Shown here one piece after another: positions 19,096 to 29,788 of a stretch of 61,432 nucleotides of DNA. The stretch is taken from positions 1 through 61,432 of the IMG/VR virus record IMGVR_UViG_3300031933_000107, one strand, 5' to 3'. The position numbers and the translations under genes were made by a program. How positions within the stretch are numbered: position 1 is the first letter of the stretch; every line of letters starts with the position of its first letter. Below the pieces are notes generated by a model. It searched no databases, was not told the DNA's origin, and saw only the letters and a program-made list of their open reading frames with translations. The DNA is from a virus (Duplodnaviria > Caudoviricetes).

Positions 19096-21685
19096 TGATA
19101 ACCCCTATGAAATGATGGGCAGATTTGTGATCGGCCAGACTGGTGTATCCCCAATGTTTGCGCTTGCCATCTACCTTCTCGGACAGGTTGGCATACTCGG
19201 AATCGCCAAACGTCACACTGCAGCCGTCACGGTAGAAAATACCCACGTATGGGTCTGGCGAACCCAGAAAATAGGTATTATCCAGTTTGTTTTTATGCAC
19301 CAGTCTTGGGTATGTTTGCTGGCTGTAATCAAGCCGCCATGACTCACTACCATCATCTTGTTCTGTGCGGGAGTAAGGCTGATGCGGCGGCGCACCTCCG
19401 CCCCCTCCCATTTGCCAAACATTGGCCTGCGGGTGAATAAGCCATGTGTAATCAGCAGGCAGGCCGGGTATCCAGCTTCCGTTATCCGCGAAGTCAGAAC
19501 AGGCGGACGGGTTGTACTCCTCCATTTCCACCCATACCGGGCTGCCGTCCTCTGGGTAGGGCCTGCCGTTCATTACCGGCAAACCACCGGCCCAATGCAT
19601 AACGAAGTCATACGTCCAGTAACGGTAACTTGTCGGGTCGCGCACATACTTCTGCACACTGCTTTCAGTTGTGCGCTCGCCTGTAACTCTATCGTGCTGG
19701 GCGTGAATCAGTGTGTTGCGGTTGAGGTAAGGGATGCAAACGGCCACCTCGAAGGAATGTCCTTCCGAGTACCGGGTATGGGTATCATGGGTAAAGTAGC
19801 GATTGCGCCACAAGGTCCCCGGCTTCCAGAACGGGGCGTCAAACTGAAACCACGGCGTATGGTCATACCCCTTATCCCTTCCCACGATCTTCGTGAAGGT
19901 TTCGGATGGCGTGATTGCTTTACGCTCGTCCAGATCCGTAGTGTAGAAGTGCCCCATCAGGGATGTTGACGTGTGCGATACCGTTTGCGTCCACGACCCA
20001 ACTATCATGCACTCCTCGTAATCGTTCTCAACGTCACGCTGGTAACTGCGGCCATCCCGAAAATACTTCACCACTTTCAGGTCATCGCCTGTGAAGTAGC
20101 AGAACATGATCGTGTCGCAGTTCGGGTAGCTGGATTTGTACCGGCCATTGATCAGCGGCAGAAAATCGTGCGATACGCAGCCACCCATAAATGGCTCCGG
20201 GTATTTGATCTGCGGCTGGTACATGAACTTGGCCGGGTGATAAAGATAGCCACGGCCAAACTCCACAACACTTCCCGAATGGCTGGCAATAGGCGTCATC
20301 TCCCTGGCGTCCCAATACTCAAGCTCGGCCTCGTCAACCTCCCATCTGGCACGATCCAGCAACTCATCAACACTCACGCGCCGGAGTTTGTACTTGATCG
20401 CAAGGTCTTTCGCCGTGTTGCCCTCCATCATGCGATACAAACCGCTCAGGTACATATTGAGTCTATTCATTTCATGGTCGGACTCTATGTGCCAGTCTCG
20501 GGGCAGGCGGCCGTTATTCGGGTCATTCCCAAGCCTTAGCGATAACTTGTAGGCCAAGCCATACCCCAGGCCTTCGTCATCGTAATAGTCGTAGCAGGTG
20601 TTGTAGCCCTGGCTTCCAGTGCTGTTGAATGACCAGCCGCACGCGGTTGAGTACGCAATATGTGAGTAGAAGTCAGCCGTATCGCAAACTTTGATGATCA
20701 CGCCAGCTCTGCGCCATGCCTCAAATTCATCAGTGCCGGCCGGGAATGACTCGCCGCTCGGCATCCCACCAAAGCGATCGAGTATCTTCAGGATCTCGCT
20801 ATCCCCTTTCTCCTCCATGAATTCACGAAAAGTATCAGTGGTAGAGGCTGGAACAATGGGGAGCGGCATTGCATAGACGCCTTTTGGCGATACGCGCACC
20901 AGCCACGGGCTGCGCTCAACATCAAACACAACCGCATCGGTGCAGTTGAATTTGTAGTCATAGCGAAATTGACCATCAACAGGCGGACGCCCTGTGTAGC
21001 CTGGCAGCCTGACGTTGCCAAGCTCAAGGCTGATCCTGTCCTGCACCTCTTTCGGCAGCGTCATTCTTGCCTGCTCAATCGGGTTGCCGGGCAGCTTGTC
21101 GAAGTCCTGACGGCCATAGCCGCCGACAATTTGCATAACTTCAGCCATCGCACCGGAATACCACGTTGGCCTCTGCTGGACGTACTGCGTATAGGTGTTC
21201 GTGCCGGGGTTTTCCGGCTCAAACTCAAAGAACATGGTGTGATACTTGATGCGGAATCGCTGCAGGGATACGTCTGCAGGAACCTGCGCCTGCTCGTCCT
21301 GCTGATCTTCTTCCGGGTACCTGGCAATCCTGCGCCGAGTCTCCTCGGTCAGTTGCATCCCAAGCCCCTGCTCCGGCTGAAGAATGGCATCCTTCACAAC
21401 ACCTGAGAAAAGCATGGGTATGTAATCCTGAGCCACACCATCAAAGGTTTCTGGCGGCTCCTCGCTCGAGCCTGGCTTGTGAGTAATGCACTTGAAAACC
21501 CCGCCCATATCCTGCGCGATCATGTAGCCGCCATCAGGCAGCGCCTTAACCATGCGTAGACTGCTTACGCCTGACAGGTGTTTCAGGTTGGTCAGGCGCC
21601 GGGCGGTCAGCTCGATGAAGGCATTGTCATCATCGGTCGGCTCGGCGCCATGAGCCAATACACCTCTTGGGCGGGGCTGGTGCAT
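19088..21685 (-). CDS. Putative tail structural protein
   Basis: 865-aa ORF coupled within the tail operon. Confidence 0.7.
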   Translation of the reverse strand: MHQPRPRGVLAHGAEPTDDDNAFIELTARRLTNLKHLSGVSSLRMVKALPDGGYMIAQDMGGVFKCITHKPGSSEEPPETFDGVAQDYIPMLFSGVVKDAILQPEQGLGMQLTEETRRRIARYPEEDQQDEQAQVPADVSLQRFRIKYHTMFFEFEPENPGTNTYTQYVQQRPTWYSGAMAEVMQIVGGYGRQDFDKLPGNPIEQARMTLPKEVQDRISLELGNVRLPGYTGRPPVDGQFRYDYKFNCTDAVVFDVERSPWLVRVSPKGVYAMPLPIVPASTTDTFREFMEEKGDSEILKILDRFGGMPSGESFPAGTDEFEAWRRAGVIIKVCDTADFYSHIAYSTACGWSFNSTGSQGYNTCYDYYDDEGLGYGLAYKLSLRLGNDPNNGRLPRDWHIESDHEMNRLNMYLSGLYRMMEGNTAKDLAIKYKLRRVSVDELLDRARWEVDEAELEYWDAREMTPIASHSGSVVEFGRGYLYHPAKFMYQPQIKYPEPFMGGCVSHDFLPLINGRYKSSYPNCDTIMFCYFTGDDLKVVKYFRDGRSYQRDVENDYEECMIVGSWTQTVSHTSTSLMGHFYTTDLDERKAITPSETFTKIVGRDKGYDHTPWFQFDAPFWKPGTLWRNRYFTHDTHTRYSEGHSFEVAVCIPYLNRNTLIHAQHDRVTGERTTESSVQKYVRDPTSYRYWTYDFVMHWAGGLPVMNGRPYPEDGSPVWVEMEEYNPSACSDFADNGSWIPGLPADYTWLIHPQANVWQMGGGGGAPPHQPYSRTEQDDGSESWRLDYSQQTYPRLVHKNKLDNTYFLGSPDPYVGIFYRDGCSVTFGDSEYANLSEKVDGKRKHWGYTSLADHKSAHHFIGVINE

Positions 21686-21687
21686 TG

Positions 21688-22263
21688 TTACACCGTCAGG
21701 CTGAGGCGGTAGCCAACATCATAGGTATCACCGTCCTGAAACACTCGGGCAGCGGTGTACTTGGTGGCCGAGATCAGCTTGCCGGTGGTGCCGCCTCTTG
21801 AGCTGTTGGTGAGCAAGGCTGCGCCGGTCACGTTCAGCTGCGAAGAAGTGGCAATGGTCAGGCTGGCAACAGCGCCCATGTTATCAATGGAGTTGCCGTT
21901 GGTGTCGGTCGGCGTCCATACGGGGCGAGTAGGGCTGGTATAGCCTTCGCTCATGCTGACAATTTCGGATGCAACAGTGGCAAAGTTCGCTGCAGTCCAG
22001 TTGGCTGCCGGTGCCGCACTGCCACTGAACAGGGCGATATGGTAACTGGCAGGCTTAGCTGCTGCGCCAAGCGCCACGTTCAGGATGTGAGCAAGACCCT
22101 CGTCCACGATCAGGTTGCTGTTGATCTCCCAAGCGCCGCCGTTCACGCGATCAAAGTATTCGCCTGATGCGATCACGCCCTGGCGGGGGAAGTACAGACC
22201 CTCCTCCGTCATATCGTAAACGTCATCCTTCAAGGCTTTCGCCAGTTCATTACGCAAAGTCAT
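21688..22263 (-). CDS. Putative tail fibre/tail protein
   Basis: NLIVDEGLAHILNVAL...YHIALF...GY..RPVW pattern typical of phage tail proteins; start moved to MTLRNE. Confidence 0.7.
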   Translation of the reverse strand: MTLRNELAKALKDDVYDMTEEGLYFPRQGVIASGEYFDRVNGGAWEINSNLIVDEGLAHILNVALGAAAKPASYHIALFSGSAAPAANWTAANFATVASEIVSMSEGYTSPTRPVWTPTDTNGNSIDNMGAVASLTIATSSQLNVTGAALLTNSSRGGTTGKLISATKYTAARVFQDGDTYDVGYRLSLTV

Positions 22264-22298
22264 TGGGGTACCCCGTTTGTTTTCAGCTGAATAAGTCG

Positions 22299-23486
22299 TC
22301 ACGATACAGCTGTAACAATGCGCCGCTCCAACTCTACAGAGGTGCCAGCATTCCCGGCGATACCATCCATAACGCCACGCTGTAGCTCTACCAGTTCGCC
22401 AGATGCGGTACCCACGACATACCCATTGCCAGCCAGCCAAAGCGCCGCACCATCCCCGGCAATCCCCATCTCGCCTGCTGTATTGGCTGAGAGCTGGATT
22501 GCGCTACCGGGTACCGGCGGGCGTGAGGCTTTGCGCATAACGGTCATTTGGTCTGGGGTTGCGCCCTGAATGAAGGCTACATGATCGACTTGCCCAATCC
22601 AGATACCGCCGCTCACCGGCTGCACAAAGGTGATTCTCTGCGGCATAATGATGAAGCCGTGACGCTCATCGTGAAGGTGGTACGCCAGCGGTTCCGAGAA
22701 CCTGAGAATGTTTGCACGCGCATTGATCAGGCGGCCACGCCAGTAGTGAAGGAAGCTCCCGGTCGGCATTGGTGACAGGTACCGGAAGGCCGCAGTTCCT
22801 CCAAGATCCGGCATGGTGGTAATCGAAACAGTGGTCACTGACAGCGGGTAATCGTGCTCTTTGCGCAGCTCCCCGCCATCAGGATCGGTCAGGTACAGCC
22901 GGTATCCGGTCACGGACAGATCAAGGCAAAGGGGTATGGTAATCTCAAGCGATCCGTTATCCGGCAGAGTGATCTGTGTCATCTCAGACAGACCAGACTC
23001 CTGCCCGTCACGCAGCCATGCGACAGCGGCTCCGTAGCGCCCTGCTGCCAGCGATCCGCTACCCTCGCCCACCATTGGGGCGGCTGGTGTTTCGAGCGTC
23101 AGACGCCGCGCCTGCTGCCCGTCAAAGGCAAAGATGCCGGAAGGCGCAGCCACCACCACCTGATTGTTCAGCACAGCATGGAAGGCGTCACCCTCGCCAA
23201 CAACGGCCAGAACGGTATGCGTCCACTGATCGGGGTTGACCAGCACCCATTCATCGCCCAGCGTTGCAAAGGTATCGCCATGCAATGGGCTTTGCCATAG
23301 GTTCCGGTACGGCGTGTCTGTGACAAGCATCACACCTTTGCGCATCAGTATCTCGCCGGAAGCGTTGATATCCACGTTGACAGCATCACGCACATAATGG
23401 CGCCGGGCATCGCCCTGTTGGTGGAGTCGCTTATCTTCGATCTCGGTGCTCATGCCGGTAATTGGCATCAATGAAATATCCGGCAT
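22299..23486 (-). CDS. Putative tail tubular/stabilisation protein
   Basis: 395 aa, beta-rich; VRDAVNVDI..G...RKG N-terminus. Confidence 0.6.
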   Translation of the reverse strand: MPDISLMPITGMSTEIEDKRLHQQGDARRHYVRDAVNVDINASGEILMRKGVMLVTDTPYRNLWQSPLHGDTFATLGDEWVLVNPDQWTHTVLAVVGEGDAFHAVLNNQVVVAAPSGIFAFDGQQARRLTLETPAAPMVGEGSGSLAAGRYGAAVAWLRDGQESGLSEMTQITLPDNGSLEITIPLCLDLSVTGYRLYLTDPDGGELRKEHDYPLSVTTVSITTMPDLGGTAAFRYLSPMPTGSFLHYWRGRLINARANILRFSEPLAYHLHDERHGFIIMPQRITFVQPVSGGIWIGQVDHVAFIQGATPDQMTVMRKASRPPVPGSAIQLSANTAGEMGIAGDGAALWLAGNGYVVGTASGELVELQRGVMDGIAGNAGTSVELERRIVTAVS

Positions 23487-26400
23487 CAGAATGCCCCCTT
23501 GCGGTATTGGTTTGCGTTACCGTCCGGTCGTATGTAATGAACGGCGTGTTTAATATCCGGTGTACCTGCCTGCTCGAATTCAAATCCTGCGGCCTGTACC
23601 TCCTGCTCTTTCGGTGCGGGCATGTAGGCGTTGCGTACCCTCATGCGCTGATCGAAAGCCTCCAGCTGGTACTCGCTGATAAAGGCATTGAATCCATCCA
23701 TCACAACGTCACGCACCCGCCTGGAAACCCACGGCTCAGGCACGACCGACTGATCCATGCCTTCAGGTATGGTTGGCATCAGCGGCCCTACGCGCAGCCC
23801 TTGCCACATATACGGGCCGTCTCCCCACTTGCGGGTACCCATCAATGCAGCGTCACGGCCCTGCGGGTGGATCTGCCGGTGGAGGTGCTCAATCAGGGAC
23901 TTGCTGAACTCGGTTGCAAGTAGCGCCTTTGGTTTTACTGCCCTCGGCCCTGGCGGGACGTAGTGCCAAACCTCTGGCCTGCCGTAGACCGCCATGTTTT
24001 CAGAATCGAATTGCACAAGCTCGCGTGTTCCGGGTACCTCATGGAAGCCGTTACGCAGCGTATTGAACCCATCAGGCAGAATGTAGTTGGTTCCGAGCTG
24101 AACATCAGGGCGCCCGACAAATATCTCGGTGTATCCATTGCGACGGGTTACTATGGTTCGGTGTCGCAGCGTTACGGCCGCTCGCCCGAATACGGCAGTC
24201 GGAGTCCTGCGGTAGCCGTCAATAGGGTGTAGCCCTGGAGTTCCTACAGGGTGGTTTATCTTTGCCTGCTGCGTAGCCTCGGTCATGGCGTATATCGTGT
24301 GCGGTGACACTCTAACCCGCTCCGGCTCGAATACCTCATCGTTCGGGAATGGCTCAACCAGCAGGCTTCGCACCTTCAGGCCAACATACGGCTCGCCAAT
24401 GTTCAGTTCGTAATACCCTGGCTCGACACGGATAGAGTTTGATTCGACAAGGTGGCCGCCAAACTTGGTAGCTGGATCTTCCTGCTGCACATAGATCACC
24501 TGTTGGTTGATAACAGGCATCGGCACCTGCCGGTTTGTCTCGTCCTTGGGCGGCTCAATGCCGTAGCCTTCGCCAATGGGTGTTCCGTCAGGCTCATATT
24601 CAGAATCAAGGCTGATTGTCTGCAGCGAATACGGCGGCGCCCCTGTTCTGATAACTGTTAACTTGTCGCCAAACGAAAGCGCCCGGATGCCAGTAATCGG
24701 TATCGTCCTGTCTCGATCCGCGATAGATGCCCTGCCGAACAGCGCCGTAACTGCCCCGTCCATATTGATAGGACGCCATTCAAGGCGTACATGCGTATCG
24801 CCAAATTCATCTGAGGCCCGGCCACGGGTGCCCAGCTCGGGCGTAACATTGTGAACACGCGGATAGCCGTAGTCGTTGCGCAGCGTCCAGCGAGGCGTTA
24901 TCCGGTTGAAGCGAATTGTCAGTGAGGCAAGCCCTATGCCGCTTGAATCGTAGCCGATACCATCCACATAGCGGGTGTATAGCTTGACGTTCTGAGGCTC
25001 AATTCTGGGCGCATCAATGCTGTATCGCTTCTCGATAGACAACTCTCGGATGCGATCCGCCACCATCGGGTATCCCAGCACGGCAGCATCATAGCCGCCA
25101 ATCCAGTTGTAATACCGGCGCGTGTTCTCGACAGTGTGCTGATCCCCGGCCTGATCACTGAAGCCTTCAGGTCTGACCACCATCGCATCATTGGCGATAA
25201 CAGACCATGATGAAATGTAGGGCGCCTCCATGCCTTCAATGCGCAGCAGTCGGTAACGCATTGCAACCATGCTGGATTCGTTAATGGTTAGGCCATCAAT
25301 CCCTTCCGGCAGTATCGGCCTGGCAGCATTAAACACCTGCTGATCGCCAATACGGGCAGCGTTCTGCCCTGTGGTTCTCAGGCTCTTTGTCCGGTTCTCT
25401 ATGGCAGTCCACTGCGGCCAGCGAGGGGGGTTAAGCTGACTGTCTGGGTCGAAGTACATTGTGATGTACTGGCGAAGATTCCAGATACTGACCTTGCCCC
25501 AGCGGTCAGCCGGTTGCGCCCACTTCGCGCTATCAGGCAGAACCGTTTGCAGGCTGTTGTATGCCAGCGCCTGCCCGTACAGGCCGGTAAAGCCAAGCGG
25601 ATAGACGGTCGTGATTGGTGGAATGACACGGGTACCAAATCGCGCAGCATCAAACCCTATCGGCAACAGGATGCGGGTGCCGCCTACCATGTGGCCGGTC
25701 GCAAACTCAGTGAATATGCTCCTGGGTTCAATCTGCCTGTCAGCATTTGAAAGCATCGGCCTTCCGTGCCGGTCAAGCTGCGAACCAAACGCCAACATGT
25801 AGCGGCGTCCGTGCTCAATAAGCGGCTTGCTGTACCGGCTCTGGTCCTTGCCTTCATGCTCGATGTGGCGGTACCTGAACCAGATTGAAGGCGCGCCATG
25901 AAGGTCGGCATTCTTGCCGGAGGCAAACAGCGTTCGGATTCGGTGCCAAACAGTAGGGCTGCCGGTTAACCCTGCCATGCCAGCCGGTGAGATCGAAGGC
26001 GGCTGCGTGACCTTTGCTGTCCCTATTGCCAGCTGATCTGATCCCCTGCCGTAGATGTACCGGATGCGGAAAGAGATAAACTGAGAGACTGGTGTTAACG
26101 GCTCGACACCATCAGGAATGATTGAGGGCGTCTTGTTGCGGATACTGGTTTCACCGGACAGTAGCGCATCAAAACCTGCAGCCGGAACATACCGCCTATT
26201 GCTGCGAAACTCCGCCCAATCTGAACCTTCAAAGGCGTAAAGCCCATACGGGTAAATGAAGGCTGATAAGTTTCGAGCTGACACATCACCGAAGATGCCT
26301 GTTCCAAGTACAAGGCCGGGATACACCCTGCGGGTCGGGTCAAAGACTTTAGGGTATCCAATAATCTCACCAGTGCCTAGGCCTTGAGGCTCAACAAAGG

Positions 26401-27502
26401 TAGTCCAAAAATCAATCTCAGGATCGCCAAACCTTGACGAAACCCAGCCTTGAGGACGTGGCGGGAATTGAACCAGTGGGCCGCTGATAGCCGTGCCGTA
26501 AATGCTCGACGGGTACACCATGCGCGGTGATACATTTGGACTCCCCGCACCGAGCCAGGGCATCCCTTTAACCGTCACGAACTGGTCTGCGGTGGTGTTT
26601 ACTACAAGCGCCCGGCCATAACTCGCCTGATCACGCCCCGATACGTCTACATGCTTGACGCCACCAAGTACGGCAGGCTTTCCGTGTGCGTCAGACTTCC
26701 AGTCGTGCGCCCACAGGAATGACAGATAGTTGTAGAGAACAGGGTGTCCGTAATAGGTTTCAACAAGACCGGATGGATGAATGCCGTGCGCTGCAAGTCG
26801 CACATTATGATGGGCGCCAATACCTTCTGGCGGTAGACCCTGAGGCGAAACAAATTCAAGCATCCGCTTAACAGACGGCGTTGAAAGCTCAAGTGAATCC
26901 CATCCCGTTACAGGTACCTGAGATTCTTCTGCGGGCAGCGTCCACGCAGCATTCAACACCCATTGAGCGGGGTTGTAGTCGGACTTTTTCCCCACCCAGT
27001 TTGCGTCAAGCACCCACTCAGGGAAAGCGTATTCCCACGGGTGTAGAACGTATATCTTGCCCTGAATCAGGGATGTGTTCGCACCCTGGGGCCGTATGGT
27101 TTCAGTCCATGTGAGGATAGGTTCAGGAACTGGCTCGTCCTGAATACCAAGAGGCGATATGTAGGTGAGGTTGGCCCAGGTTGCCGTGATACCGAATTGA
27201 GGGCTGCTGTACTGATCAGCACCTACCCAGCTTGCATTGATAACGAACTGTTGTGGAAGGTAATCACCGGCCCTGCCGATTGTCATCCAATCAGCTACAG
27301 CACCTGGTGCGATCCCTTGCGTCGCCGCAATCTCAGTCCATTTCAGTAAAACAGACTCGACAGGCGGACAAGGCACGCCCTCTGCTGCGAGATATCTCGG
27401 GTTACTTCCCCAGAATGCCGCAATGGTTGAAGCCGGTGCCGGGTAGCTGTCAGAGCCAAGCCATGTAGGGTTGATCATGGCAATCGGCGCACTGTAGCTC
27501 AT
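23486..27502 (-). CDS. Large repetitive tail (fibre-like) protein
   Basis: 1338 aa with repeated I.P.G......G.P.V units and N-terminal NAxW repeats. Confidence 0.7.
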   Translation of the reverse strand: MSYSAPIAMINPTWLGSDSYPAPASTIAAFWGSNPRYLAAEGVPCPPVESVLLKWTEIAATQGIAPGAVADWMTIGRAGDYLPQQFVINASWVGADQYSSPQFGITATWANLTYISPLGIQDEPVPEPILTWTETIRPQGANTSLIQGKIYVLHPWEYAFPEWVLDANWVGKKSDYNPAQWVLNAAWTLPAEESQVPVTGWDSLELSTPSVKRMLEFVSPQGLPPEGIGAHHNVRLAAHGIHPSGLVETYYGHPVLYNYLSFLWAHDWKSDAHGKPAVLGGVKHVDVSGRDQASYGRALVVNTTADQFVTVKGMPWLGAGSPNVSPRMVYPSSIYGTAISGPLVQFPPRPQGWVSSRFGDPEIDFWTTFVEPQGLGTGEIIGYPKVFDPTRRVYPGLVLGTGIFGDVSARNLSAFIYPYGLYAFEGSDWAEFRSNRRYVPAAGFDALLSGETSIRNKTPSIIPDGVEPLTPVSQFISFRIRYIYGRGSDQLAIGTAKVTQPPSISPAGMAGLTGSPTVWHRIRTLFASGKNADLHGAPSIWFRYRHIEHEGKDQSRYSKPLIEHGRRYMLAFGSQLDRHGRPMLSNADRQIEPRSIFTEFATGHMVGGTRILLPIGFDAARFGTRVIPPITTVYPLGFTGLYGQALAYNSLQTVLPDSAKWAQPADRWGKVSIWNLRQYITMYFDPDSQLNPPRWPQWTAIENRTKSLRTTGQNAARIGDQQVFNAARPILPEGIDGLTINESSMVAMRYRLLRIEGMEAPYISSWSVIANDAMVVRPEGFSDQAGDQHTVENTRRYYNWIGGYDAAVLGYPMVADRIRELSIEKRYSIDAPRIEPQNVKLYTRYVDGIGYDSSGIGLASLTIRFNRITPRWTLRNDYGYPRVHNVTPELGTRGRASDEFGDTHVRLEWRPINMDGAVTALFGRASIADRDRTIPITGIRALSFGDKLTVIRTGAPPYSLQTISLDSEYEPDGTPIGEGYGIEPPKDETNRQVPMPVINQQVIYVQQEDPATKFGGHLVESNSIRVEPGYYELNIGEPYVGLKVRSLLVEPFPNDEVFEPERVRVSPHTIYAMTEATQQAKINHPVGTPGLHPIDGYRRTPTAVFGRAAVTLRHRTIVTRRNGYTEIFVGRPDVQLGTNYILPDGFNTLRNGFHEVPGTRELVQFDSENMAVYGRPEVWHYVPPGPRAVKPKALLATEFSKSLIEHLHRQIHPQGRDAALMGTRKWGDGPYMWQGLRVGPLMPTIPEGMDQSVVPEPWVSRRVRDVVMDGFNAFISEYQLEAFDQRMRVRNAYMPAPKEQEVQAAGFEFEQAGTPDIKHAVHYIRPDGNANQYRKGAF

Positions 27503-27505
27503 CGC

Positions 27506-28741
27506 TTACGGCACAAGCTCAGGCATGGCATTGGCAAAGAAAAGATCGTTTAGCTGTTCGCCATCCTCTGTCATAAACTGAACATCGCAAGGGCTTGCGT
27601 CTGGCAGATCCATTGAATAGTTGCCGGTTGTTGCGTCAGATTCAACTTGTGCCAACAGTACCCCTGTTGCCCTGTCATGCGCCCTGACTGTTCGCTTTGC
27701 GGGATTATTGCTGATGTCGCGCACGGTGCCTGTTAATCGGCCAGTATTCTTCTGCGCGATCGCCATGTGCCCATATCCATCGGGCAATATATCGAACGCA
27801 GGATTAGATGGGTACTGCTCCCATGTTGTTGCATCAAACACATTTAGACCAGCATCCCCATACGATCTATACGCTTTAACCAACAGCTGGTTTGACGCAG
27901 CATCAAAACAGCAGTGCGTTACTTGCCTTGTACCCCAACCATTATATGGCCATATATCCGTCTCGGTGCCTGCCTCATAATCAATCTCACCAACTTGCCT
28001 GCGGCTGCTGCTGGCAGCGCCATACCAATAAACAACTGATTTACTCTTATTCGGGTTGGGTATTATCCCGCCAGCCGTCCTATCAACATAATTGTTATTG
28101 GAATCCGTGTAGGTGTTCACGACTGAAATCGTTGCCGCATCTACCGCCGCTACATAATAAGGATAGCCGTTACCACAACAGAAGATCAGGCTATCATCCG
28201 CTGTAAAGCACACATGATATTTGCCTGCCCCGACATTTCCCGACACGTCAGCATAAGACCAATCATTGGTGTTATACACTCGCAAATACGGGGACGAAGA
28301 ATGTACGACCGCAAGCATTGACCCATCATGGCTGAATGACACACCATAAACAGTCCCCAGCCCTTGCGTGTTAACTGCCTGAACGCTCAGGTCTGCCCAA
28401 GCGTACACCATCAGTTTTGCGCCGCTGGAGCCACCCGTTGCGATTAAATCGTTACTGGCCGTGCATTGGCAAAGATAACCAACACCTGGCGGAACGCTCG
28501 GTGTTGTGTAGGTATTCAGATCTTCAATATCCAAAAAAACTGAAAGATATTGGTAGTTGCTGATTACGCAGCGTGTTGCATCAGGTGTAATGGCAACGAA
28601 TGGTTTGTATCCACTGCTATACGAAAAAATTGGAGATGCTGTTCCAATTACGCTATCAAAAGAAGCGGGGGCGCCATCGAGCAGATTGAATGATGCAGCG
28701 TTAACACCATTTCCCGAGCCTGTATAAATCAGCTTTTTCAT
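27506..28741 (-). CDS. Beta-propeller (WD40/YncE-like) protein with C-terminal adaptor domain; candidate receptor-binding protein
   Basis: VYGVSFSHDGSMLAVVHSSSPYLRVY blades; C-terminal GRLTGTV...RTVRAHDRATG; visibly AT-richer than neighbours. Confidence 0.65.
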   Translation of the reverse strand: MKKLIYTGSGNGVNAASFNLLDGAPASFDSVIGTASPIFSYSSGYKPFVAITPDATRCVISNYQYLSVFLDIEDLNTYTTPSVPPGVGYLCQCTASNDLIATGGSSGAKLMVYAWADLSVQAVNTQGLGTVYGVSFSHDGSMLAVVHSSSPYLRVYNTNDWSYADVSGNVGAGKYHVCFTADDSLIFCCGNGYPYYVAAVDAATISVVNTYTDSNNNYVDRTAGGIIPNPNKSKSVVYWYGAASSSRRQVGEIDYEAGTETDIWPYNGWGTRQVTHCCFDAASNQLLVKAYRSYGDAGLNVFDATTWEQYPSNPAFDILPDGYGHMAIAQKNTGRLTGTVRDISNNPAKRTVRAHDRATGVLLAQVESDATTGNYSMDLPDASPCDVQFMTEDGEQLNDLFFANAMPELVP

Positions 28742-29040
28742 ATCGCTTCACCCATGCAGCTCTCGTTCGGCCAATAGCCTTTATCCGCGTGCCACTGCTT
28801 GTACTTCTCCAGCAGGGTTTCGGCATCCACTTCGCGCACGAACCGCTCGACATACTGGATCGTCCAGCGTTCCGAGTCGCCATCCGGCGGACAGGGGCTG
28901 CGCTCATGGACGAACATCTGGAACGGCGGCAGTGCGGCCAGTGCCCGCCAGTCAATCACCGGTACCGGCTCATTCATGGTCACTGGATTGGCTTCAATGC
29001 CCTGGGCAGAAACTTTGATCGGTGGAGGCTTCTGGCTCAT
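28738..29040 (-). CDS. Hypothetical phage protein
   Basis: 100 aa, ATGA-coupled on both sides. Confidence 0.7.
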   Translation of the reverse strand: MSQKPPPIKVSAQGIEANPVTMNEPVPVIDWRALAALPPFQMFVHERSPCPPDGDSERWTIQYVERFVREVDAETLLEKYKQWHADKGYWPNESCMGEAI

Positions 29041-29711
29041 TCATTCAGCTCCTTAATGCGTTTCTCGACTTTGCGCCTCTCGGCTGGCGTCAGCGAATCC
29101 AGCAGGTCAATCACTTTGTCCACCATCCTGATACCATGCGGGTCTTTCCTGCTTGTCCCGACACCGGTCCAAAGCTCAAGGTTCTCGGGCCGGTTGTCGT
29201 CACGCTTGCCGTTTTTATGGTGGACGCGCTCTGACTTTTTGAGTGGGCGGCCAAGCACTTGCTCCATGACAAGGCGGTGCTCCATGACTTTCTTGCCGTC
29301 ACGCCTTACCATGATGTATCCACCTGTTGATCGGATCTTGTCTGCAACAACTCTGGCATCAAGCGTGATCTCGGGCTTCTTCATCCCCATCCTTCTTGCC
29401 TTACCAGAGCACTTTACAGAGCAATAGGCCCGGGTCTTTCCATGCGGCCTTTCAAACGTGCTGCCACAAACGGCACATACACACGTCTTGTCTTTTGATG
29501 TTCCTTTGGCCTTGCATTGAACGCTGCAGTATTTCTGCTGCGCATACTTTGCCTTGAACTCTATGCCGCAGCATTCGCAGCTCTTCAGGTTTTTTCTTGT
29601 TGTTGCGTACCAGCATTCTTTGCAGCAATAGGATTGCTCAGCTCTCTTGGGCCGAAATACCTTACCGCAATGACTGCACTCTCTATCAGGCAATGAGCGT
29701 AATGCCGCCAT
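29037..29711 (-). CDS. Free-standing HNH homing endonuclease with three N-terminal Cys4 zinc-ribbon repeats
   Basis: [14 protein letters not shown]...[19 protein letters not shown]; three CxxCG..F...YC(S/C)xxC repeats. Confidence 0.92.
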   Translation of the reverse strand: MAALRSLPDRECSHCGKVFRPKRAEQSYCCKECWYATTRKNLKSCECCGIEFKAKYAQQKYCSVQCKAKGTSKDKTCVCAVCGSTFERPHGKTRAYCSVKCSGKARRMGMKKPEITLDARVVADKIRSTGGYIMVRRDGKKVMEHRLVMEQVLGRPLKKSERVHHKNGKRDDNRPENLELWTGVGTSRKDPHGIRMVDKVIDLLDSLTPAERRKVEKRIKELNE

Positions 29712-29721
29712 AATTGATCCC

Positions 29722-29774
29722 CCTGTGATTCAAAATCTCAGGTAAATTATATCATTCAGCGGCACTACTGTCCC
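29722..29774 (-). promoter_or_regulatory. Sigma70-type promoter and RBS-overlapping hairpin of the HNH gene
   Basis: GGGACA (29769-29774), 17 bp, TATAAT (29746-29751) with extended -10 TG; hairpin CCTGAGATT/AATCACAGG at 29722-29742 overlaps the AGGGGG RBS. Confidence 0.7.
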
Positions 29775-29788
29775 ATGTTAATACACCC

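Noticed and set aside
23486-28741. Diversity-generating retroelement or invertible tail-fibre cassette
   Set aside because: No reverse transcriptase or invertase, and no TR/VR-like duplicated segment noticed by eye
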